From Azolla caroliniana (lineage: Eukaryota; Plantae; Polypodiophyta), in contig JBHGNT010001182.1 in NCBI GenBank assembly GCA_043228905.1, positions 1 through 11,185 on the forward strand: a DNA stretch of 11,185 bases. The letters are read 5' to 3'. The notes beneath the pieces were generated by a model that saw only the letters and a list, made by a program, of their open reading frames with translations, was not told the origin of the DNA and made no database searches. Shown piece by piece: positions 1 to 8,589 of this stretch. How positions within the stretch are numbered: the first letter of the stretch is position 1; the number at the start of each line of letters is the position of its first letter. Position numbers and translations under genes: made by a program.

Positions 1-650
1 AAATAATCAACCTTGACCCGAGGATGACCACTACCAATCTCGCGACGAACACTATCGTCCCAACGAAGACCATTTCCGACATGATTACCACCGGGAGGAT
101 CACTATGAACTACGATATCAACGACACGATCAACAACCCCCCCCCCCCCCTCCCCACACTCCGAGTCTCGGGAAAACATTTTCCGTGCACAACCCTACGT
201 CTCGCTGGCCCGCGAAGAACACTCCCACCAACATTAGACATCTTAGTTCGAGCACAAGGAATCCACCAACCGGGGTATTACGCCACCTAGTGCTTGGCAA
301 ATGATTGCGGAAAAGTACCTGCAGTAAATATCATTATGGCTAACGTCCAACAAGTCACCACCCGGAGTGAGGCCTAGAAAACACAATGGGAAATACAGGA
401 CGAAGTCCGGAAAATCTCCAAGCAATGGATAGAGACGGTAAATCATGCCAACACCGATAGAATGCATATCGAGATGAAAGATATCACTATCGGTCCATTG
501 GCCTCCTCTCAACCTACAGGGTCGCCAGAGGATGACCTTGTTTGGCAAGCCCTCAGAAGCTGCCAAATCTCCATACATTTGCATAAACTTCCACGATTCA
601 AGAATACAGTGGCATCCTTAATAACTGGCGAAGAGCCAACCACCTTGTGA
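1..650 (+). pseudogene. gag: gag C-terminal region / gag-pol linker of outer element
   Basis: Degenerate zinc-knuckle tail QPGYYAT*C (about 267-293), followed by AVNIIMANVQQVTTRS and EDDLVWQALRSCQISI. In-frame stops present. Confidence 0.6.
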
Positions 651-689
651 GTACACCTTGCCGAGTTGGGCACCAGTCCACATGTAATG

Positions 690-1094
690 GGTTCCCAGAA
701 TCCCGTAGTTAAGCTCGTGATCAAAGGGCGTGATGTTCATGGTTGGATTGTCGATGGTGGCTCCGGTGTCAATGTCATCAATGAGGCCACATGTCACGAG
801 CTCAACATCACCCAATAACCACGATATCAACGACACAATCAAATGGCGGATACCCGCTCGGTTCGATTGATGGGGTTAATTTGGCACCTGGACTTTATGC
901 TCGGAGGAAACACCTTCACAATCTCAGTGGTGGTGATACAACTTGAGGCTCCCGGTGCGTACCCAATACTGCTCGGTCGACCGTGGTTGCGCACGGCCAA
1001 CATTAAGCAACAATGGCAGAAGATTATGATCTCGTTCCAGCACGAAAAAAACAAGGTCTGGGTCATCACAGAGGAAAGAATTGCTACACCCTAA
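690..1094 (+). pseudogene. pol: Aspartic protease of outer element
   Basis: IVDGGSGVNVI (catalytic D at 753-755), MADTRSVR, and the C-terminal YPILLGRPWL motif. Confidence 0.88.
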
Positions 1095-1364
1095 GACACC
1101 ACTCCGTTATATGTGGAAGGAGTCCACATGCTCGACGGACTCGCCGATGAAGAAGTGGACCACTTCCTGGAGGAACATCCGACGATTGTCCCTTTGTTTG
1201 AAATCGATGTCCTCACGACAGTCAATCCTTATGTATCAGAACTGGCCACGGAAGAGAACGAGGTCCATCACGGACCTGATCCAAAGTCCATTGAGGAATT
1301 ACGACATGCTCACGATGCACTTGACCGAGAATTGGCAATTTCTCAGCAAGTGAAGGCGTCCACC

Positions 1365-2032
1365 CTAGAGGAAATCAATCTCGGCTCCCCTGCCGAGCCA
1401 CGTACCCTAAAAATCGCAAAAGAACTGGCTTCCGATGAACACTTAGTCTTGGTTGGGTCACTCACGGAATACCAAGACGTGTTTTCCTGGTCATACAACG
1501 ACATGAAGGGGATAGATCCCCAACATTATCAACATCAGATTCATCTTCAACATGATGCACAACCAGTACACCAACGCCGCTACCGCATGAATCGCAATTA
1601 TGTGGTCAAAGTAAAGAACGAAATGGACAAACTCCTTCGAGTAGGGTTCCTGCCGCCAATTAAACGGGCAACATGGTTAAACCCTATTGTCGTCGTCCCG
1701 AAGAAAAATGGTCAATACGGGTCTGTGTTGACTACCGCAAGCTAAATGCAACAACCATCACAGATGCCTTTCCCCTTCCGTTCACAGACGGGGTGATTGA
1801 CGCGGTGGCCAGCCATGAATGCTATAGTTTTTTAGATGGGTTCAGCGGGTATAATCAGATCTGCATGCACCCTGATGACCAAGAAAAAATAGCATTCGTA
1901 ACCGAAAGGGGCGTTTTCGTGGCAATATCATGATGTTTGGATTGAAGACGGCACCGACCACCTTCCAAAGAATCATCGCCAAAATTTTTGATGATTACAT
2001 TACGACCTCTATGAAAGTCTTTCTCGATGATT
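1365..2032 (+). pseudogene. pol: Reverse transcriptase of outer element (frameshifted, C-terminal part deleted)
   Basis: EYQDVFSWSY, WLNPIVVVPKK, RVCVDYRKLN, FLDGFSGYNQI, MMFGLKTAPTTFQR and VFLDD motifs. Confidence 0.93.
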
Positions 2033-2049
2033 CGCAACAAAAGAAGATG

Positions 2050-2480
2050 CCTACCGAATCCCTTAAGGTAATGCTATCACACACATTGGTGGTGCAACCT
2101 CCCGACTGGTCAAAAACCTTCCACGTTTTTGTTGACTCCTCCGATGTGGCCATCGGGAGTGCCCTCATGCAAAAGACACCTCCAAACTGGTATTGACCAG
2201 TATACTATGCAAGACTTGACAACAGAGAAGAATTATTTGACAATGGAGCGTGAGGCACTCGACATGATCTACAATATCACAAAATTTCGGCACTATCTGT
2301 TCGGCCGAAAATTTGCGTTCCATGTGGATCACTCAACGTTACTATACATCGTCAACAAATAGGCACTAACTGGCCGATTGGCACAGTGGATGTTACTCCT
2401 CCAAGAATTCGACTTCAACATACATCATCGGTTAGATGTGTAGGATGCGGTGGCAGACTACCTAAGTCGGCTTGAATCGG
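2050..2480 (+). pseudogene. pol: RNase H of outer element
   Basis: FHVFVDSSDVAIGSALMQ, EKNYLTMEREAL, FHVDHSTL and VADYLSRL motifs, with stops and frameshifts. Confidence 0.92.
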
Positions 2481-2689
2481 GGAAACCAACAGAGACAGTA
2501 TACGATGATTTGCCTGATGCCAATCTCTTCAGTATTGATGCAACCACACCACCTATCGAAAACGAGGATGAATGGATACATGACATAACGCACTTCCTCA
2601 ACACCGTACTTCCACCCCACCATTTGACCTTAGATGCCAAGAAGCGGTTGGCAGTCCACAACTGAAATTTTTGCCTATTCGCGGAAATA

Positions 2690-2846
2690 GTCTACCACAA
2701 GGGCTTGGACGGCATCTGGCGTCGCGCAGTGCGACGGTTCAAAAAGGACGTGATCCTACGGGAAGTAAATCATGGAATCGCTAGCGGGCACTATGCCGGA
2801 GACCCCACGGCTCGAAAAATTTGGCAGAGTGGCTTATGGTGGCCCA
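2690..2846 (+). pseudogene. pol: Integrase N-terminal part (HH of HHCC) of outer element
   Basis: ILREVNHGIASGHYAGDPTARKIWQSGLWWP, cut off by the LTR starting at 2847. Confidence 0.9.
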
Positions 2847-3032
2847 TGTCAAGGCCCTATCTTGCCAAAAGAAGATTGAATAAGAGAGGAAAAGAAAGAG
2901 AGAACAATGACTATATTTTATTATAATAGGAAAATATACAAGAGCAAGAACTAGAATATTTGTCAGAGACTGGTGTTGAACTAGAATGGTTCTAACAATA
3001 CAATATGTCCTATTTATATAGCCGTAGTATGG

Positions 3033-3112
3033 GCCCCTTGCATGTTTATAGGGTCACGATACCCTTTGGGATATTAAGGGTCATGACACTCTTTGGATAT
3101 TTATAGGGTTAC
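3033..3112. repeat. About 27-bp tandem subrepeats in LTR U3 (3 copies; 2 in the other LTR)
   Basis: gccccttgcatgtttatagggtcacga / taccctttgggatattaagggtcatga / cactctttggatatttatagggttaca. Confidence 0.8.
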
Positions 3113-3152
3113 ATTATTAATATTATAATATCTTTATGATATACAACATGTA

Positions 3153-3207
3153 TAACCTAATGGCTAGAGTTGAGTGCTTCTCCTTAGGAGGTCATGGGTT
3201 CAAGTCA
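3153..3207 (+). promoter_or_regulatory. tRNA-like Pol III A-box/B-box module within 3' LTR (antisense to element)
   Basis: TAACCTAATGG at 3153-3163 (A-box TRGCNNARYGG, 1 mismatch); GGTTCAAGTCA at 3197-3207 (B-box-like); starts 44 nt apart; GAGGTC precedes the T-arm-like segment. Confidence 0.5.
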
Positions 3208-3226
3208 CCCTAAACCTCATGGGGTT

Positions 3227-3352
3227 TCATCTACTCATGACACTATCTCCCACCTTCGATGATGAGTTCCACGAGCCATAATGCACGAATTGGCTCGGCT
3301 TATTTGGATATTGGCAATGAAATTCAGCTACCAGATCGGAAGCGTTGTTAAG
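3227..3352 (-). pseudogene. pol: C-terminal helix of chromodomain / pol tail, separated from the rest of pol by an insertion
   Basis: LNNASDLVAEFHCQYPNKP is the natural continuation of ...TWELIENLNN at 4106. Confidence 0.88.
3243..3257 (-). other. Polypurine tract (PPT)
   Basis: Minus strand reads GAAGGTGGGAGATAG immediately before the TGTCA of the 3' LTR. Confidence 0.9.
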
Positions 3353-4105
3353 AGTGAAAGTGTTTTTAGAATCTAAGCCATTGAACATTAGAAGAATATA
3401 AAGTATGGATAATTCACATTTGGAGTCTAAGAACACGAACCAAGACCTTAGGAAGAAGTCAAAAGTAAAAGTAAGAGACCAAGAGAAAAGTAAAAAGAGA
3501 AAAAGTGGACCATAAAAAACAGTAAAAAAGGAATGGTCATAACTCCTTCGTTTTTCACCCAAATATTATGTTTAAATATAGGTTAAAGTGGACCATAAAA
3601 AGCTATCTATATGTTTTTAAATCACTAAATTTGGAGCTCTAATGGGGGAGATATGACGATTAGAAGGTCGTTGGGTCTTAGCTAAAAATGGGAGATAAAA
3701 AACTTCTAAAAATAGCGTGAACGAGGAAGAAGAAGAAAATTATAAAAGAAGAAGTGGAGATCCTAATAGAGGAGGATGATTCTTGGGAAGAAGGGTCTTA
3801 GTGGAAGAGGAAGGGTCTTAGTAGCGGGTTTGAGTGATTGGAAGTAAGAAGGTCTTTGGTTTTTTAGTTCAATGTGGAGTTTATCTCCTTTGTATGGTAT
3901 TGATAATTGAATATTATAACATTCTTACCCCTTTCTTATCTTCTCTACCTTTTCTCTTTATCTCTTGAGTCTCTCTCTCTCTCTAATTCATAGTTATCTT
4001 GGTATATATAATCTATTATAATTCACAACTCCATCTAATCGGTTTGATCAAGCCCTCATATTGTGTACAACTATCATCTGTCTTATACACCCTATCATTA
4101 AGGTT
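3353..4105. mobile_element. About 750-bp non-coding insertion, probably a solo LTR or LTR fragment of another family
   Basis: Interrupts the chromodomain and is flanked by GTTGTTAAG (3344-3352, 4106-4114). AT-rich; TATAAAAG near 3741, then GA-rich and CT-rich blocks; ends ...CTATCA at 4097. Confidence 0.7.
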
Positions 4106-4228
4106 GTTGTTAAGGTTCTCGATCAGTTCCCAAGTACGATCATTAGGTGTATAACCTAACCAGTCCACGAGATAATAAAGCTTCTTACGTAATATCTTGG
4201 AGTCCAAAACAACTTTGACTTCGAATTC
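4106..4228 (-). pseudogene. pol: Chromodomain (group I type) at end of integrase
   Basis: EFEVKVVLDSKILRKKLYYLVDWLGYTPNDRTWELIENL, with aromatic cage positions F/W/Y retained. Confidence 0.93.
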
Positions 4229-5330
4229 TAGGCCATCAACAAGTTGAACCAGAGGTGGGGGTAGAACAACCTGATATGGAATGGAACTAGCATTGTAAGG
4301 TTCTGACAATGAGACATGAAATATTGGGTGTAGATGCATGCATGGGGGCAGATCAAGGCGGAATGCAACATCATTGATTTGATGAGAGATAATAAATGGA
4401 ACAAGTTGTTGATAATCCAACTTATCACAAGGCCTAGTGGTCTTCACATTACGTCGTAATAGCCATACATGATCCCCAATTCGAAATTTTGGTTCCTCAA
4501 GTGAGGAGTCAAGACGATGATGATCTTCCGCCTTCTTGTGTGTGGCTTGAGCCGTATGAAAATGGTGAGAAAGTGCAACATGAACTTCTTGAAGTTGGTG
4601 TAGACGGTCCTCAGCGGCAGGATTTTTCAAGATTTTTAGATGTGCGATCATCATCCAACGAGGATGATATCCTATGTTTGCAAAAAAGGGAGTATATCTT
4701 GTTGAGGAATGAACTGAATTATTGTATGCAAACTCTGCAAAGTGTAAAAAATCCACCCAATCATCCTGTCGATAATTGATGAAACATCGAAGATATTGTT
4801 CTAGAGTTTGATTTGTGCACTCGGTTTGACCGTCACTTTGTGGATGATAGCTTGAAGAAAGTTTACAAGAGACTTTGAGCATCTCAAGCAAGTGTTTCCA
4901 GAAATTTGAGATGAATTGTGGGCCACAATCACTAATGATGTCATTTGGAAGACCATGAAGCCGAAATACTTCTTTCATAATGATGTCTGTTGTTTCTTTA
5001 CTATTGATAGTTTTCGTGCATGGAAGAAAATGCGCCATCTGTGTGAATCGATCTACTATAGTGAGGATAGCATCAAAACTCTTTGAAAGTGGAAGAAGTC
5101 CACAAAGATGGATTTCCACGGACCAGTAGGAACTGGCAATGGCTGTAATAACCCATATGGTCGATGTCGCGGAATCTTTGGCCAACAAGACACGTCACAA
5201 GTACGAACATAATCCTCAACAAACTCCGAAGATGAGGCCACCAATAATTTCAAGAAACTAGCTCCAAAGTTTTGTGGATTCTAAAGTGTCCATCCATGAC
5301 AATATTGCAATACTTGGAGTCGAGACGAAC
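4229..5330 (-). pseudogene. pol: Integrase of inner element
   Basis: [59 protein letters not shown], and a GPF-module remnant with LHPIFHVSL. Confidence 0.94.
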
Positions 5331-5629
5331 CATTGGGGACATACAAAAGAGTGTTACGAAAAAGTAACCCATTTTGCCATTGAAACTAGTTATAATCTTT
5401 ACAAGGATACTTGGATTTTGAAGAAGACGCATGATCTAAAATGATATGATTCAATACATCTTGAGAAAACTCATCAGAAGTTATACCTATTCGGATTGAA
5501 TCAAGGAGCCTGAAATCTTCAGGTGCTTTAGAGGCATTAATAGTCAATAGTTGTAACTGATCAGGCCCAAGGATGATTTGCTTTTGATGATCAAATGTGG
5601 GCTCACCTGGTTGTGGCGTCAAATAAGAT

Positions 5630-6040
5630 TGTCGTGATAGAGCGTCTGCCTTTCCTTGTTGTACTCCAGGGTGATATGTGACGAGGAAGACAAAACGCGT
5701 CAAGAATTGTGCCCAACGAGCTTGGCGTCGACTCAAGACTCAAGCATTTTGAAAGTATGTGAGGTTTTTATGATCATTGTAAACAATGATTTGGTGGGGA
5801 GAACCTTCTAAGAGATGCCTCCATTGTTCAAACGAGTCTATAATGGCCAGGAGCTCTTTGTCATGAATCTCATTATTGATCTTTGCAGTTTCGAATTTGC
5901 GTGAATGGAAAGCAATTGGATGCAGCTCCATCATCTCCGACCTGCGACAAGATACTTCCTAGTGCAAAATCAGATGCATCCGCCTCAATGATAAAAGGTT
6001 TTTCTAGGTCAGCATGAAGTAGAATAGGAGCAGAAGTGAA
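5630..6040 (-). pseudogene. pol: RNase H of inner element
   Basis: [37 protein letters not shown] and KADALSR motifs. Confidence 0.94.
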
Positions 6041-6059
6041 TACTCTCTTTAAGTTTTCA

Positions 6060-6950
6060 AAAGCATTGGCCACACTGGAACTCCATGTGAACGACTTGTT
6101 CTTTCATGTAAGCTTCATGAGAGGCATCACGATGTTCGAGTAGTTCTTGATAAATTTGCAGTAAAAATTAGCAAATCCTAAGAAACACTGAACATCACGC
6201 ACTAAGCGAGGTGTTTCCTAGTTTAGAACTGTCTGCACCTTGGATGGATCCATAGATATACCTTGTTGTGAAACCACATACCCTAGAAACTCCACGTGGT
6301 TTTGATCAAAGCTACATTTCTCAAGTTTGGCATAGAGCCCATATTCTCGTAAGCGTTGGAGGACTTGGTGGACATGTGTGTCATGCTCTTCTTGACTTTT
6401 CGAGTAGATTAAGATGTCATGAAGATATACTATGGTAAATGCATCCAAGAAGTCGCGAAAAATATCATTCTCCATGTGTTGAAAAGCTGTGGACGCATTC
6501 GTGAGACCAAAAGGCATAACCGTGTACTCGAAATGTCCTTATCAAGTACGGAATGTTGTCTTCCATTCGTCTCTTGGATGTATCCGAACAAGGTTATACG
6601 TCTCTTTGTGAAAGCTTTAGCTCCACTAAGATGCTCTAGTAAACTCAATATCAAGGGTAGAGCATATCTATTTCGAATAGTGATTTTGTTTAAACCTCGA
6701 TAATCCATGACCAATCGTAACCCATCTTTCTTCTTGACAACAAAGATGGGTGCACCAGCAGGGCTTTTAGAATGTCCAATGAATCCATTTGCTAAGTGCT
6801 CATTTAAATATTCTCGAAGGGCCTTGAGTTTAGAAGGTGATAGATTATATATTGGGCCCCATGGTGGGTCTTTCCCAAGTTGTACATCAATCGGACAATC
6901 ATAATGGTCTGGAAGAGAACTAGCTTTAATTTTGTTGAAGATGTCTTCAA
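6060..6950 (-). pseudogene. pol: Reverse transcriptase of inner element
   Basis: [43 protein letters not shown] (mutated YLDD at 6427-6416) and KLEKCSF...VEFLGYVVS. Confidence 0.95.
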
Positions 6951-7179
6951 AATCCAAGTTATTAGTAGGGAGGTGAGTACATGCCCCTTGTGAACTAGAG
7001 GATGGATTTTTCGTTACTGCAAAGACAAACATTTCATTTGTCTACCCTCTTCTCGTAAGTTCTGTAGAGATATGGGCAAGATTTGGTGAGGTTTTGAAAC
7101 TTGGTTGATAGTAACAAGGTTGTTGGATTCAGGTTTCTGACGGAACTCATTGATTGCTCGATTTCTCCGGTCAATTTCA

Positions 7180-7490
7180 GGATTATGAAGCTCAAACCAA
7201 GGATAACTGGATGCTTAGGGCTACTAATTATATTGAAGGAAATCACACAAGCAAAGCTGCCAAGAACTACTCGAATTGGCTCGGATTCCTCGATTATTGC
7301 CCCAGATTCAATAGGGCAACCATCAATGACTACAATGGATGCAAGACAAGGGAGGTTTCTCAATAGGATTAAATTTTGGGATAAAACAAATTCTTTGTCC
7401 ATAAAACAAGAGTTGGATCCTGAATCTAAGAGAGCAAAGGCAAGAACTCGACGACACCTAGAAGTGTTAAGCTCAACTTGTGCTGAAAAA
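7180..7490 (-). pseudogene. pol: Aspartic protease of inner element
   Basis: ALLDSGSNSCFMD (DSG at 7426-7418) and HPVILGL. Confidence 0.9.
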
Positions 7491-7588
7491 ACCTATGCTA
7501 ACATGATTCGATAAAATGGAACCACTACTTGGGGCTGACTTTACATATTCTGGTTTGTCCAACCAAATGGCTCTGATTTTGATTGGAC

Positions 7589-8160
7589 TTATTCGTTTAA
7601 TATTTCATCACGCTGACGCAAGACCTCAAAACTATTGAACTGGCCTAGACATGTGGGGCTACTAGGGATAGATGATCTAACTGGGGAATTGGAATTAAGT
7701 TTCTCACTAGTACTTGATTTACTTATCGTTTTGGCCTATGTGGGCAAGTGATTGCTATCTATCCCGGACCACCACAATACAAAAATAGATGGTTTGCTCG
7801 GCGTCGTTGCTTCTCAGCTTCAGACAAAGGCCCTCGACGACGTGTTACATCGATCTCCATCGAACTTTAATAACCGTTCTAACACTATCAGTGTCTCCAA
7901 AGTTTGCTTGAAATTCTTTAATAAAACCTTCAAAGTCTTGAAGGAGAGGAGATTTCTTTTCTAGCAGTGGTGCAAACCATGCTAATGTTGTTAATGTTAA
8001 GAGGGTTCCTACTAGTCCAACTCGAGTTGTATCAGTTGGATATCTATTGAGTGAAGGTAGCACGAGGATTAGGGTTTAGGTCAAAAATAGAGAGGGAGAG
8101 AGTCTTAGTGAGAGACAAAGGGAGAGAGGGAGAGCTACACTCTTTGTACCCAAGATAGCG

Positions 8161-8220
<60 letters not shown>

Positions 8221-8508
8221 AACTCGAAACTGTGATCGATTACCATCGAACTTCCTAGTCAAACAAATCTTTGGTTCTTTGGGAGAGCTTTGTTGCATCG
8301 AAGCTTGTTGATGAAGAGACCGCAATGTTGTTTCGAGTTGCAATACACATGTTGATAACTCGTCATGTTGTTGCCCCTTTTCTATGCTTACTTGTTGTAA
8401 ATCTCCAAGCAATCATTGATTCTCTTGCTCTAGAGCCAAAAACTTATTTGTGAGATTCTCGAGCTCAGAGACGACTCGAACATACTCTTGCTTGCTAATG
8501 GACTCCAT
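7589..8508 (-). pseudogene. gag: gag of inner element (stops, filler insertion, large deletion)
   Basis: ATG at 8508 (MESISKQEY...), EPKI..KFDGNRSQFR, YPTDTTRVGLVGTLL..ALAWF-like segment, MEID..RRRGPLSEAEKQRRRANHL, decayed CCHC knuckle at about 7741-7790, and stop at 7591-7589. Confidence 0.9.
8165..8218. repeat. (TC)27 microsatellite
   Basis: Perfect 54-bp TC dinucleotide run inside the foreign segment in gag. Confidence 0.97.
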
Positions 8509-8589
8509 GGCGACGATAACGCTTGATAGGATTCTCAAGAAAAAGAAGGAAAGAAGAGAGGGAGTGAGTTGGCGAGAAAGAGAGAAGAT

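Larger units (their letters stand above)
2847..3242 (-). repeat. 3' LTR of inner chromovirus (396 bp)
   Basis: Starts TGTCA and ends TGACA (5-bp terminal inverted repeat); direct repeat of 8604-8987; adjacent to the PPT. Confidence 0.96.

Noticed and set aside
243-1069. Minus-strand ORFs over the outer gag/protease
   Set aside because: Antisense shadows of the plus-strand polyprotein.
2705-2926. 73-aa ORF with a basic C-terminal tail
   Set aside because: Chimeric: outer integrase reading into the inserted LTR at 2847.
3146-3220. Functional tRNA gene
   Set aside because: No complete cloverleaf (acceptor, anticodon and T stems do not pair convincingly); kept only as a tRNA-like promoter module.
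3227-3562. 111-aa ORF with hydrophobic Phe/Leu-rich N-terminus (env-like?)
   Set aside because: The hydrophobicity comes from reading an A-rich non-coding insertion on the minus strand; only the last about 40 aa are genuine pol.
3790-3825. GAAGGGTCTTAGT direct repeats as a CRISPR-like or regulatory array
   Set aside because: Only two full copies plus a partial one at about 3672; an ordinary short duplication in eukaryotic LTR-like DNA.
7589-7605. -1 ribosomal frameshift site at the gag end (A TTA AAC before the stop)
   Set aside because: Not a perfect XXXYYYZ heptamer here, and the downstream frame is too degraded to confirm the gag-pol phase.
4489-7964. Plus-strand ORFs (4489-4779, 6419-6703, 6707-6904, 7101-7514, 7752-7964)
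   Set aside because: Antisense shadows of the minus-strand gag-pol with no recognisable motifs.
8069-8080. Interstitial telomere array
   Set aside because: Fewer than two full TTTAGGG units; better described as a single telobox.
8044-8412. RE-repeat protein
   Set aside because: Translation of the (GA)n microsatellite in filler DNA within the gag pseudogene.
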